From Candidatus Bathyarchaeota archaeon (GTDB taxonomy: Archaea; Thermoproteota; Bathyarchaeia; Bathyarchaeales; Bathycorpusculaceae), in contig CAVYES010000005.1 of assembly GCA_963767735.1 (NCBI GenBank), forward strand, positions 128,001 through 192,000: 64,000 bases of DNA. Direction: 5' to 3'. Position 1 is the first letter of the stretch; each line of letters begins with the position of its first letter. The position numbers were made by a program, and so were the translations under genes. Of this stretch, positions 28,128 through 37,931 are shown in pieces. Under the pieces are notes generated by a model, which did no database searches, had not been told where the DNA came from, and saw only the letters and a program-made list of their open reading frames with translations.

Positions 28128-30323
28128 CTAAGAGGGCAAAAAAGGGGAAGTTTTTCGATGTTTCAGTATCGCGGCAGCAACGGCTAGCAAAGAGACAAGC
28201 AGCAGCACAATTGCTGGCATGGCGAATTCTGGGACGGCAGGAGCCGGAGTCGAAGTTGGAGTAGCTGTTGCTGTTGGGGAGGTTGAAGAAGTCGGTGAGG
28301 ATGTAGGCGTCGGTGTCGGTGAAGTGCTGGGGCTTGTTGATGCGGGTGAGGAAGGTGTTGGAGACGGGGCGGGAGACGGCGAAGATGAGGGTGATGTAGA
28401 AGGTGACGGTGATTGAGAGGGCGACGGAGAGGACGTCGGACTTGGGTTCGGCGAGGGTAAGCTAAGGTTTGGGACAGCTTGGGAGTTTGCTGAGTTAAGG
28501 ATTGGGATGAAGGTTACGTTGCCCAAGTTAAAGTTGTTCTTGTAGTCATAGATTGTCTGGCTTATTGCGTTAGTGTCAGTTGTTCCCCACCAGTTGTAGG
28601 TGGCGTTGATGTTGACTGCTGTGCCCAACTCTAAGACTACACTTTGACCGTTAGATTGGATGTCATTGTAGTTGATGGTGGTTGCGGTTGAGGTGACGTT
28701 CAGGTCCACTCCTACATAGTTGTAGATTATGGTGTTGTTGAGAACAATGCCTGTGCAGTTTGAAACTGCGATTCCATAGCTGCAGTTGGCAACGATGTTT
28801 CTCTCGATTGTTCCACCGCTAAGAATGTTGATACCTATCCCGCCGCCGCTAACTGTCTCGTTGACGCCATTTCCTGTCCCGTCATAGGTGCCTGTCACAT
28901 AATTGTCTAGTATGTAGCCGTTGCCTTGGGTCGCGGTTATTCCTTGGGCAGCGTTCCCCCGTACAATCCATGAGGGCGCATTTACCGAGATGCTTTCAGT
29001 TACAGCGTTACCTGAGATAGTGAGGCTGCCTCCATTGTAGCTGGTAATTGAACCATAGATAGTGTTGTTTGATACTGTGGTGACTGATCCATTGATGTCC
29101 CCTGCTATGGTGTTGTTTGAGATTAAGGCGTAGCCGCCGTTGATCGCTAGTCCCGAATTGCCGAGAATAGTGTTGTTGGTTATGGTGGCTGCGCCGCTGC
29201 CGGAGGTTAAGTCGATTGCTGGAACGATGCTGGTAGATTCGCTGAAAATGAAGGCACTCGTGTATGTTCCTCCTCCTGTAATTGTGTTGCCGGAGATGGT
29301 TGGTGACCCTGTAGTTGTGATTGCTGGGGTGTTTTCTGTGTAGTCTGCCCAGCCGCCGAACACTCTGAAGGAACCTATGTAGGTGCCGCTTACTATGACG
29401 TTGTTGGCTACTGTCTGTGTAGCTTCGACGGTGCCGTTGGTTATGTTGTTGTTTGAGACCACGTTTCCAGTGATATCGACGTTGGGGAAATCAGGTTGGG
29501 TGTAACCATTCAAATCTGTAAAGGTGCTGGCTACGCTGGATATTGTGTTGCCCGTTATTGAGCCGCCAGTAACCTGCCCCCCTTGGATGTTGTTGTTTGA
29601 GATTACAGATGTGCTGCCAGAACAAACGATTCCGCCTACAACCGTGTTGCTTAGGATGCTGCATCCATCGCCCGCGGTAATTCCAGCTTCGATGTTGTTG
29701 TTTGTTATGGTGCAGCTGTCGCCCACGGTGACGCTGCTGTTGACTTGGTTGTTTATGAGCGTGCAGAAGTTTCCAGCGGTGACGGCTGGGGATATGTTGC
29801 TGTTTGAAATTACGGAGCTGTCGCCAAACTGCACGCTGCCTGACAACACGTCATTGTCCAGCTTTATGGCTACGCTTGCAGATATGGAGGTCAAGTTGAG
29901 GTTCGCGTATTGAACGATGCAGCCGGTGCCTGTCTGGTCGTTCCATCCAACACTTACTGGAGTGAAAATGAGTTGTCCACCATTGAATTGAATCATGTTG
30001 TTGCTGGAGCCTACAGCGGTCAAGGTGCCGTTGACTTGCAAGTAAGTGCTGGTCGAGGTGCTGTTGCCCTGAGAGTTAGCGTTGTCCATGTTGATTACGG
30101 TTCCGGGCTCAATTGTTAGTGTTACACCCTGATTTACCGCTACAGGACCAGTGAAGTAGTAAGGACTACCCACCTGCGTCCACACCGTATCTACAAACAG
30201 AATGCCGTTCTCGGGCGTGCCCTCTTGAGCCCTCGCTGATGGCGCAATACCAATCAAAATCAGGCTTGAAAAAGTGATTACTAAAATAAAAAACAACGCC
30301 AAAAATCTACTAATGTTAGCCAT
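28128..30323 (-). CDS. Cell-surface parallel beta-helix (NosD/CASH-like) protein with S/T/P linker and PEF-CTERM-like anchor
   Basis: Signal peptide, WTQVGSPY, repeated ISNNxI, INATYNWWG, VPEFA + TM + basic tail. Confidence 0.85.
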   Translation of the reverse strand: MANISRFLALFFILVITFSSLILIGIAPSARAQEGTPENGILFVDTVWTQVGSPYYFTGPVAVNQGVTLTIEPGTVINMDNANSQGNSTSTSTYLQVNGTLTAVGSSNNMIQFNGGQLIFTPVSVGWNDQTGTGCIVQYANLNLTSISASVAIKLDNDVLSGSVQFGDSSVISNSNISPAVTAGNFCTLINNQVNSSVTVGDSCTITNNNIEAGITAGDGCSILSNTVVGGIVCSGSTSVISNNNIQGGQVTGGSITGNTISSVASTFTDLNGYTQPDFPNVDITGNVVSNNNITNGTVEATQTVANNVIVSGTYIGSFRVFGGWADYTENTPAITTTGSPTISGNTITGGGTYTSAFIFSESTSIVPAIDLTSGSGAATITNNTILGNSGLAINGGYALISNNTIAGDINGSVTTVSNNTIYGSITSYNGGSLTISGNAVTESISVNAPSWIVRGNAAQGITATQGNGYILDNYVTGTYDGTGNGVNETVSGGGIGINILSGGTIERNIVANCSYGIAVSNCTGIVLNNTIIYNYVGVDLNVTSTATTINYNDIQSNGQSVVLELGTAVNINATYNWWGTTDTNAISQTIYDYKNNFNLGNVTFIPILNSANSQAVPNLSLPSPNPSPTSSPSPSQSPSPSTSPSSSPSPAPSPTPSSPASTSPSTSPTPTPTSSPTSSTSPTATATPTSTPAPAVPEFAMPAIVLLLVSLLAVAAAILKHRKTSPFLPS

Positions 30324-30536
30324 ACTCTCAGAGTAATATGCTTAGCGATAAAAGGCTATTTGTAAATTTTTCTTGGCATCCTCAAGTCAAAGTTTCTTTA
30401 CTAACAAAAGATGGGAGAAAGATTTTATTCAGCCGAAAGATTACAGCTGGTGCTAATTGAGCCTCCATTTAACATAGCTCGTTAGTTTTTTCTGTATTGG
30501 GATTGAGCGTTGGTGGCTATTTTGTTTTTGCTGGGT

Positions 30537-31622
30537 TTAGCGTTCACGTTTCCCCGCTATCCAGTCCTCTGTCCACTGCCTTGCCTCAGGATCAGGCACC
30601 TGCACGGGCGGATGCTTAAACGCGTAAGAGGGCATGCTAATGAGGGTGCCCGAGATTTTGCGGTCAAGTGCGATTTTGGCTGCGCGTATGAGGTCGATGA
30701 CGACGCCTGCACTGTTCGGAGAATCTTCAACTTCGAGTTTTGCACTAATGTTTATTGGGCGGTCGCCGAACGCGCGGGTTTTGATTGATAGATAACATAT
30801 TTTCTTGTTTTTTAGGAAAGGCACATAGTCTGATGGCCCGATTCTGGTAGGCAACGGGTAGGGCACTAGGCTGGTGACGGCTTCGGTTTTACTGATGCGT
30901 TTGCTGGTGAGGCGGTTCTCCACGGTCATGTTTTGGAAGTCTGTGTCTCCGCCAAGGTTTAATTGATAAGTTTCATCCACAATGGCGCCGCGGTCCAGGC
31001 AGAGGCGCACTAGGGTTCGGTGCAGAATGGTGGCGCCGACCTGGCTTTTAATGTCGTCGCCAAGCACGGGCAAGCCAGCCGCCTCGAATTTCTTGGGCCA
31101 CTCGCCAGATTTGTCTGAGCCAATGAATTCAGGCATACAGTTCACCAGGGCGCATCCCGCATCGATAGCGCACTGCGCATAGAATCGGACGGCGTCGTGG
31201 CTGCCCACTGGCAAGTAATTCACGAGAACCTGTACCTTGGCGTCTTTGAGGATTTTAACGATGCTTTCCTTCGTGGTTTTGCTATCGTCGTAAACGTTAA
31301 AAGTCTCCCTCATATGCGGCGCCGCTCCGTCAAGGATGATTCCAGGCGAAACCTTCACGCCCAGGTTTGGGACGTCGCTGAATTTTTCGCAGACGTTTGG
31401 TTTAACCCAGATGGCTTCGGAGAGGTCTTTGCCGATTTTGTCTTTGTTAACTTCAAAAGCCGCCACAAAATGGATATCCCGTATGTGGTAGCCGCCATAA
31501 TTCACGTGCATCAAACCCGGCACGGTGGTATCTTCCTTCGCATCTTTATAGTATTGAGTTCCCTGAACCAGGGCACAAGCGCTGTTGCCAACGCCGACTA
31601 ACGCTACACGAATCTCGGCCAT
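30537..31622 (-). CDS. ino1: myo-inositol-1-phosphate synthase
   Basis: GVGNSA, NYLPVGS, GDDIKSQVGAT, YQLNLGG, EDSPNSAG. Confidence 0.95.
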   Translation of the reverse strand: MAEIRVALVGVGNSACALVQGTQYYKDAKEDTTVPGLMHVNYGGYHIRDIHFVAAFEVNKDKIGKDLSEAIWVKPNVCEKFSDVPNLGVKVSPGIILDGAAPHMRETFNVYDDSKTTKESIVKILKDAKVQVLVNYLPVGSHDAVRFYAQCAIDAGCALVNCMPEFIGSDKSGEWPKKFEAAGLPVLGDDIKSQVGATILHRTLVRLCLDRGAIVDETYQLNLGGDTDFQNMTVENRLTSKRISKTEAVTSLVPYPLPTRIGPSDYVPFLKNKKICYLSIKTRAFGDRPINISAKLEVEDSPNSAGVVIDLIRAAKIALDRKISGTLISMPSYAFKHPPVQVPDPEARQWTEDWIAGKRER

Positions 31623-31822
31623 CGAACATTAACCATCCAAGATTAAGTTAAGTTAGTTTAGGCTTAATGTCCACCTACGCTATAACTTTTTCCCAAGCCC
31701 GATACTGTTAAGTTATTTGACCCAACATCCTAAAGCCTTGAAGCCGTTAACTATTTTTTAAGAATTTAACTCTACAGAAGGTTCTCAGTGCAAACAATTA
31801 TATTTTAACCGAGTAACATAAG

Positions 31823-32638
31823 ATGGGCGCAATAATGACAGAAAAAGAGGTTCTGCAACACATCCCATTGGATAACATAGTCATTAGCAAAAGAAATGCA
31901 AGAAGAACTCTTGATGTATTTAGCGGATTAGACGAGTTAGCACAGAGTATTAAAGAAATCGGAGTTCAGCAACCCGTTGTTGTTTTTCCGATAGTAGGTC
32001 AAAAAGGGAAATTTGAACTGATTATTGGTCAACGCAGATTTCTCGCTAGCAAAAAAACAGGTAAGACGTCAATTCCTGCAATTGTCAAGAAACCGATGGA
32101 TACTGTGGATGCTTTAGCTTACTCATTCGCTGAAAATATACATAGAGTCGAATTAGATTGGAAGGACAAGGTAGAAGCAGCTTTGAGCCTTCTTAATGAA
32201 CTGGGCAGTATACAAGCTGTTGCAAAGAAACTTGCGGTTTCAGAAAGCTCAGTAAGAAATTATTTGGGATGGGCAGCAGTTCCAGAACCATTAAAGGAAA
32301 TGGTTGAGACAGGACAGCTTTCTAGACCTGTAGCAACTAGGATAGCAAAAGCTAATCCTGACGTACAAAAAGCGTTGAAAATAGCAAAACTGGTCAAAGA
32401 AGCACCTAGAAGGAAAATACGCAAAGCGATACTCCAAACTAACATTGAAAACCCAACTTACACTCCTGACCAAGTTGCAGAAGAGGCACCAAAAATTAAA
32501 TTTAAACATGTCACTATAGATTTAACAAACAAAGCTGCAACCGCATTACAAAAAGCATCTGACAAATATGAAATGGAACCTACAGAAATTGCGACACAAG
32601 CACTCATTGACTATCTAAGGAACGAAGGTTTCTATTAA
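31823..32638 (+). CDS. ParB/Spo0J-family protein (CTPase box, HTH, C-terminal RHH-like)
   Basis: LDELAQSIKEIGVQQPVVV, LIIGQRR, AENIHRVEL, VAKKLAVSESSVRNYL. Confidence 0.9.
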   Translation: MGAIMTEKEVLQHIPLDNIVISKRNARRTLDVFSGLDELAQSIKEIGVQQPVVVFPIVGQKGKFELIIGQRRFLASKKTGKTSIPAIVKKPMDTVDALAYSFAENIHRVELDWKDKVEAALSLLNELGSIQAVAKKLAVSESSVRNYLGWAAVPEPLKEMVETGQLSRPVATRIAKANPDVQKALKIAKLVKEAPRRKIRKAILQTNIENPTYTPDQVAEEAPKIKFKHVTIDLTNKAATALQKASDKYEMEPTEIATQALIDYLRNEGFY

Positions 32639-32648
32639 GCGAGCTGGG

Positions 32649-33221
32649 ATGCTGAAAATGGATGAAGAAACTGCGCTAGCGACAATATTTGCAAACACCA
32701 GAAGACACAAGCGTCTCGTAGACCTTCTCACTTTAGCAGAATGTTTTGACTTCTTAAGAACTATCTATCCTACTCAAGAAGCTATTGCGAAAAAAGTTGA
32801 CCTATCGAGAGAGATGGTTCGAGAGTTCCTACAAGTTATTAACTTACCTGAATATGTAAAAGAATTAATTCAATGTAGAAAAATCGACAGCATAGATATT
32901 GCCTACAGACTTTCAAAAATTAGGGACGAAAACACATTAAGAAACATGGTTGATAAAATATTGGATGTTCAAGCACACGATGTTCGAGATATTGTCAGCA
33001 CCATGAAAGAAAACGCAGGATTATCGAGTGATACAGCAAGAGAAATCATTCTGAAAACTAAACTACATAACATTCACTTCTTTATCATCGATTTTGATGA
33101 GAAAGACTATCACAAACTACTCTTTCTCACTAAGGACAGCGATAACTCACCAGCAGAATTGATCAAAAAAGTAGTTGAAGAGTGGCTTAGCAAAAATGAT
33201 GGAGATAGCGCCAAAAAATGA
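32649..33221 (+). CDS. ParB-like HTH protein lacking the N-terminal CTPase domain
   Basis: IFANTRR, TQEAIAKKVDLSREMVREFL..LPEYVKELI, C-terminal PAELIKKVVEEWL. Confidence 0.7.
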   Translation: MLKMDEETALATIFANTRRHKRLVDLLTLAECFDFLRTIYPTQEAIAKKVDLSREMVREFLQVINLPEYVKELIQCRKIDSIDIAYRLSKIRDENTLRNMVDKILDVQAHDVRDIVSTMKENAGLSSDTAREIILKTKLHNIHFFIIDFDEKDYHKLLFLTKDSDNSPAELIKKVVEEWLSKNDGDSAKK

Positions 33222-34165
33222 GTACGTGCCGAACAATAAGGGAAAGCATTAAAGACGTAACATCGTACATCGCAAAGTATCCTGTTCCTCAACAGAGTGC
33301 AGCGCTAGAACTGCTTTTCTCCAAAGCAATGAGCCTAATATTCCATCTAACTTTCTTTACTTCTGCCACTGACAATGCAGCGGTAACTCATAAGGTAGTT
33401 TGGTTAGGCAAGAATGAAACAAATCCATCGAATGCGCCAGCATCAAGTTCGGACACCATCATATATGCGAGGCATTTCGATGTCTTAATGGAAGTTACGC
33501 AAAACACAGGTACAAAACAATGGGATAGAGAGTTTTGTCGAGCTGTAAGACACAGGGATGCATACATAAAGAATTTCAAAAATGAACCCGACGATGTTTT
33601 TCTTGTGTTAATTGTTCGAGAAATTAATGTTGACACTTACGAATCGATAAGACAAAAAATCCATGAAGGCTCTCACATTGTACTTTTGCGTTTTAGTGAT
33701 ATAGAACGAATACTGCAAGTATGCGACATTTCCATAGGTTTGAGGCATTTTGACCTAAAACAACTGTTTAGTACTTTGGCAAGAGACGTGAAAGATACTG
33801 CGAGTCTATCAGGGTATAATCGAAAAGCAACACATACAATTTCTGATTGGCGAAAAGCATTTTTGAAACATGACCAACTTGCCTATGTCGGAATTAAAAG
33901 CTATAACTTAGTTAAGACCATGAATATGAACCACTTGACCGCTTCATACATTGCTACGGAACTTTATACTCAGAAAGAAGTCAAAGCTTATTTCAAGATT
34001 TTGGACGAACCATTAAGAAAAGAATACGTTTCTAGTGGCATGTTAACTTTCGGTTTTGCCTGTGAGACAGGTATCCCTCAACTCGACCCGATTCTTACAA
34101 TAGTGAGCAAAATGGAAATTGAAGAAAGAATTAAAGAAATCTTAGCAAACATTGAAAAAGACTAA
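33218..34165 (+). CDS. PD-(D/E)XK nuclease resembling the AlwI/BstNBI catalytic domain
   Basis: PSNAPASSSD...LMEVT..TG.KQ...E...VRH; ATGA overlap with the upstream gene. Assigned by motif recall. Confidence 0.6.
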   Translation: MSTCRTIRESIKDVTSYIAKYPVPQQSAALELLFSKAMSLIFHLTFFTSATDNAAVTHKVVWLGKNETNPSNAPASSSDTIIYARHFDVLMEVTQNTGTKQWDREFCRAVRHRDAYIKNFKNEPDDVFLVLIVREINVDTYESIRQKIHEGSHIVLLRFSDIERILQVCDISIGLRHFDLKQLFSTLARDVKDTASLSGYNRKATHTISDWRKAFLKHDQLAYVGIKSYNLVKTMNMNHLTASYIATELYTQKEVKAYFKILDEPLRKEYVSSGMLTFGFACETGIPQLDPILTIVSKMEIEERIKEILANIEKD

Positions 34166-34969
34166 TCAAATTAGGCACTCGCTACTACAAAGCCTCTTGA
34201 CTTGAATCTCTGGGATGCATTCGTTATTTTCCAGTTTTTCTTGGAGACCTCTGAGTGTTAACTTCATTAATCTTTGTTTCGGGAAATGTTTCGAGTTTTC
34301 TTCCAGTGCCATTGCTCTCATGTAAAAGTCTCTATGTTTTTCATATAGTTCTTTCCACCTCGAAAGCGAGTTGAATGGACAGAAGAAACAACCGCTTCTA
34401 ACGGGCATTGAGAAATCGTAATCATTTGCCAAAATAATATCAACACAATCTTGTCGTGAAAATCTTTCATCTATTAGAGGAAAAGTGTTAGTGACATATT
34501 CAACACCACTTTCACGCTTTCTGTCTCTTTCTTCATAAGCGATGCCTAGATACTGGTTGACATGCGCTTTTAAAGAACGATAATATGAATATATTGGAGT
34601 AATCTTGAAGTCTCTAGTAGACCATCGCCAAAGTTGGGAAGGTATGACCCTTCGACTCATACACTTATCATACAATGTTTTTCCACTTTTCGATCTAACG
34701 ACTATTAGGGGTACGTCATGTTTCGACAAATACTTATCAACATTTTTCAGATGCGAGTAGGTTTCAGGCACTTCCCCGCCTGTGTCTGCGAAAACTACTT
34801 CATCTAATGGGTAGTCGTTATCAACTAAATAAACGAGTAAAGCAGTTGAATTTAGACCAGCGCCGAAACTGAGTACATACTTTTCTTCTGGTGCGTTATT
34901 AAAGTTACTATGTTTTGGCTCCAAGATTAGCTTCTCCTGCATGCAGGAGAACTTATTGTTCGTTTCCAA
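34166..34969 (-). CDS. PAPS-reductase-family (PP-loop) protein, mobile-element type
   Basis: SFGAGLNST, FADTGGE.PETY, SGCFFCPF, C-terminal CSSEC. Confidence 0.85.
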   Translation of the reverse strand: METNNKFSCMQEKLILEPKHSNFNNAPEEKYVLSFGAGLNSTALLVYLVDNDYPLDEVVFADTGGEVPETYSHLKNVDKYLSKHDVPLIVVRSKSGKTLYDKCMSRRVIPSQLWRWSTRDFKITPIYSYYRSLKAHVNQYLGIAYEERDRKRESGVEYVTNTFPLIDERFSRQDCVDIILANDYDFSMPVRSGCFFCPFNSLSRWKELYEKHRDFYMRAMALEENSKHFPKQRLMKLTLRGLQEKLENNECIPEIQVKRLCSSECLI

Positions 34970-34996
34970 TAAAAAGTTTGCGATTGCATTTTTACA

Positions 34997-35449
34997 CTAC
35001 AGAGTGAAAGCGATGCCGTTAGGGTAATAGAAGAAAATTACTTGAAATATTATGAAAAGGGATAGAAGCACTATAAAGGCTATTGGAAGACAATATACAA
35101 GCTTACGCATTTCAATCCCTTTTATTGTTTTAGGGTACAATTCTGGTATCTTAGTATCTTTTGAAAGGATATTGGCTTGATTTTTGTAATATTCGATATA
35201 TTGACTGCTTCTATATTGGATTAGGAGCCACACAATGCCTAGAAAGACTCCTGCTCCTGAAATCATGATTTTATAGAATGTTAGTTGTGTTAAGTTACTA
35301 ACAGGATTTTGAGTGTATGCCAAAGTTAAAAGACTGAGCACCACCAAAAAGTAACTGTTGCGACTCCAATTTAGAGTTGCTTCAGATTCTTGTCTACATT
35401 TAATGAGCTCTAGTGTTTTTTGTTTATCTGCTTGTAGCTGGTTAGACAT
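34997..35449 (-). CDS. 3-TM membrane protein
   Basis: NWSRNSYFLVVLSLL followed by TM segments; co-oriented 27 bp upstream of the PAPS-like gene. Confidence 0.6.
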   Translation of the reverse strand: MSNQLQADKQKTLELIKCRQESEATLNWSRNSYFLVVLSLLTLAYTQNPVSNLTQLTFYKIMISGAGVFLGIVWLLIQYRSSQYIEYYKNQANILSKDTKIPELYPKTIKGIEMRKLVYCLPIAFIVLLSLFIIFQVIFFYYPNGIAFTL

Positions 35450-35567
35450 AACCGTTTATATAATGGGGTTTTGTTTATTTGACTTTCTGTAGATAGTTAG
35501 CTCTAAACTGACCTATTCAAGAATTTATTTTTGAGTCTTTTATGCTCATACTATACGATTTTCATTT

Positions 35568-35969
35568 TCATTTTCGTATTCGCAGCTTCTTGCGTTTACA
35601 CCGTCAAATTCTTTGTCGCTGCCGACGACTAGTTTGGTTTTGTAGGCTTTGACTGTTGCAACTGCGAAGGCGTCTGCAAGTGACATCGGGTGCTGGGCTT
35701 TGATTTTTGCTGCATTACGCCATAAGTCATCGTTTTCAACTGGGAGGACGGTTAAGCCGAGGCTGGTTAGTGCGCGGCAGCTTTCATGCCAACACGGGAT
35801 TCAAGCGGTATAGGATGTAGTAGACTTCGGCTAGGTTGATTACGTTGAAGAAGCCTTGTGCTTCTTTGTTTTGGATTTTAGACAGGTAGTCCCTGACGGT
35901 TTCTGCGCCGGGCTCGCCAAGGAAGAAGGCTAAGATAGGTTCAGAATCAAATGTTAGAAGTTCTGGCAT
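35568..35969 (-). pseudogene. Frameshifted VapC/PIN toxin
   Basis: TFDSEPILAF...NLAEVYYIL, then after a shift at ~35786 ENDDLWRNAAKIKAQHPMSLADAF; paralogue of 36344..36748. Confidence 0.85.
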
Positions 35970-36330
35970 GTTTCATCAGTTTTTTTCTTTGGCGAATTCT
36001 TCTTTTCGGGCTTCTTCTAACAGTTGGCGGGCTGTCTTGCCTTTAGCGAACGGTTTGAATGAACCAAATAAGTCGTCTGGAGACGGCATTGACGGGTTCG
36101 CCCAAAAGCCGACTCTCCGGCGGGTGTCTTTGATTAACTCCACGCTGGAAACACTGTCAGGTCAAACGTCCTTAGCTAAGCCTTTGAGTTCGCATACTGT
36201 CTCTTTCGTTCTTGGCTCGACAGATAGCCTTTCTGTTTTGGGCAGAAGTTTAGCCTTTGATTTTTCAGAGAGGCCATGCTTTTTTCTCAGGTTTTTACGC
36301 ATTGCGTCTCGCCTTCTTTCGTACATCAAC
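35952..36330 (-). pseudogene. Two fused, degenerate AbrB/VapB antitoxin remnants
   Basis: KNLRKKHGL...ELKGLAKDV*PDSVSSVELIK with internal TGA, then MPSPDDLFGSFKPFAKGKTARQLLEEARKEE (3' half of a 36726..36995 paralogue). Confidence 0.6.
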
Positions 36331-36343
36331 TGGATTTTCAGTT

Positions 36344-36748
36344 TCATTTTCGTATTCGCAGAAGACTTGCGTTTACACCGACAAATTCACTGTCGCTGCC
36401 GACGACTAGCTTTGCTTTGTAGGCCTTGGCGGTGGCTGCTGCGAAGGCGTCCGCTAAAGACATCGAATGTTTAGATTTAAGAAGAGCAGCTTCTCGCCAC
36501 AACTCGTCATCTTCTACTGGAACGATCTTCAGACCCATTTGTCGTAGCTTCTTCTCTTTTTCTTCCGCTAATTTCGGGTCTTTCCGACTGAGGATATAAT
36601 AGATCTCGGCTAGGTTGATTATGCTTATGTTGCCATCGGCTGAGCCGTCACCAATCTGTTCAAGAATATTTTGAACAACTTCTGCTCCTTCTTCATTCAA
36701 ATAGAAGGCAAGTAAAGCTTCTGCATCAAACGTGTAGTTTTCGGGCAC
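36344..36748 (-). CDS. vapC: VapC/PIN toxin
   Basis: TFDAEAL, NLAEIYY, SLADAF, GSDSEF; probable GTG start 36748. Confidence 0.9.
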   Translation of the reverse strand: MPENYTFDAEALLAFYLNEEGAEVVQNILEQIGDGSADGNISIINLAEIYYILSRKDPKLAEEKEKKLRQMGLKIVPVEDDELWREAALLKSKHSMSLADAFAAATAKAYKAKLVVGSDSEFVGVNASLLRIRK

Positions 36749-36995
36749 GACGTTCAAGCTTCCCCTCTTCCGCATATTCTTCTTTTCGCGCTTCTTCAAG
36801 AAGCTGCCTCGCGGTTTTTCCTGTGAAAATCTCTTTTAACGAGCCCCGTTCCTGGCTGGGTAAAGGTGCTGGTCTGAGAATGATTCCGCATTCGTTCTCT
36901 TCAAAGACGACCTTGTTCGTTATGCCATATTTCTGTCTTAGTTTTTTGGGGATGGTCGCTTGCCCCTTTTTTGTTACGGAAACGACTTCAACCAT
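36726..36995 (-). CDS. AbrB/MazE/SpoVT antitoxin
   Basis: MVEVVSVTKKGQATIPKKLRQKYGI. Confidence 0.88.
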   Translation of the reverse strand: MVEVVSVTKKGQATIPKKLRQKYGITNKVVFEENECGIILRPAPLPSQERGSLKEIFTGKTARQLLEEARKEEYAEEGKLERRARKLHV

Positions 36996-37006
36996 TGCTG
37001 ATCCCA

Positions 37007-37035
37007 GAAGTAATACTTGTACCGAAGTAATACTT
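37007..37035. promoter_or_regulatory. Tandem palindromic operators of the AbrB-VapC operon
   Basis: GAAGTAATACTT at 37007-37018 and 37024-37035, directly upstream of the antitoxin ATG. Confidence 0.65.
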
Positions 37036-37151
37036 AAGGATGATGGAAATACTCTTAAAGATTTAAGGGACAAAACTTGCGTCCGTTGCAGTATGGCAAT
37101 ATTAAAAGGGAACCGCTGACACACTAGCTAATCAGTCGAAGTTGAGATGTT

Positions 37152-37523
37152 ATGAGCAAACCCGAAGTCGCCGTCACATATAGTCCCTTTAAACAAATTA
37201 TTATTATGGAGAAGACTTTTTTTGGCTCGCCTGAAGACATGGCGAGGTTTACCTCTGTGATTGCAGGCGGCAAACTAGCTGGGCTGTATTGGGTTGAGGG
37301 TGTTGTCTTCTTGTATTTTCCGCTTCCTGCTTCAACAGCCGTGGTGGCTAAAGAACTGTTGGAGGAGGGCAAAGTTTACTGGACTTTTGTCGGTTATGCG
37401 TTGATGCCGAAGTATGCGCCGGTTATTGAAACTAAAGAAAAAATGATTGTGCCAGTCGTTGACATATCATCTGATCCTATTCTTAGAAAAGTTGCCCAAT
37501 GGCTAAAAGAACAAAAACCATAA
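37152..37523 (+). CDS. Hypothetical archaeal protein
   Basis: 123-aa ORF in apparent operon with the riboflavin kinase. Confidence 0.65.
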   Translation: MSKPEVAVTYSPFKQIIIMEKTFFGSPEDMARFTSVIAGGKLAGLYWVEGVVFLYFPLPASTAVVAKELLEEGKVYWTFVGYALMPKYAPVIETKEKMIVPVVDISSDPILRKVAQWLKEQKP

Positions 37524-37544
37524 GCCTGCCTTGAAGGCTGCCTT

Positions 37545-37931
37545 TTGGGTGAAATAGTATTCAAGGGGTCAGTTTTTTCGGGCAACGGTGAAGGACGAAA
37601 GTTTATTGAGTTACCCTGGGTTAAACGGCAAATACAGGAAAAGCTTGGTTTTACACCTTACTCAGGAACATTAAACATCCGTTTAACAAGAGAAAGCGTT
37701 TTGCAGAAAAATAAGCTTGAAAAAGCCGAAAAATTCGAGATAAAACCGCAGGAAGGCTACTGCACTGGAACCATAATCAAAGCCAGAATAGATGGGTTGA
37801 TTTGCGGGGTTGTTTCTCCCAATGTGCCCAACTACCCAAAAGATGAGTTGGAGGTTGTCGCCCCGTGGAATTTGCGGGAACGTCTCAAACTGGCGGACGG
37901 CAGCGAAGTCGGCGTCTCGGTTACTGTGTGA
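37545..37931 (+). CDS. ribK: CTP-dependent riboflavin kinase
   Basis: GSVFSGNGEGRKF, LGFTPYSGTLN, LEVVAPWNLRERLKLADG. Confidence 0.9.
   Translation: MGEIVFKGSVFSGNGEGRKFIELPWVKRQIQEKLGFTPYSGTLNIRLTRESVLQKNKLEKAEKFEIKPQEGYCTGTIIKARIDGLICGVVSPNVPNYPKDELEVVAPWNLRERLKLADGSEVGVSVTV

Noticed and set aside
28240-28460. Repetitive GC-rich DNA
   Set aside because: Encodes the S/P/T linker of the surface protein.
36162-36164. In-frame TGA as possible recoding
   Set aside because: Fits a TGG-to-TGA nonsense change in an already degenerate antitoxin; no SECIS-like evidence.
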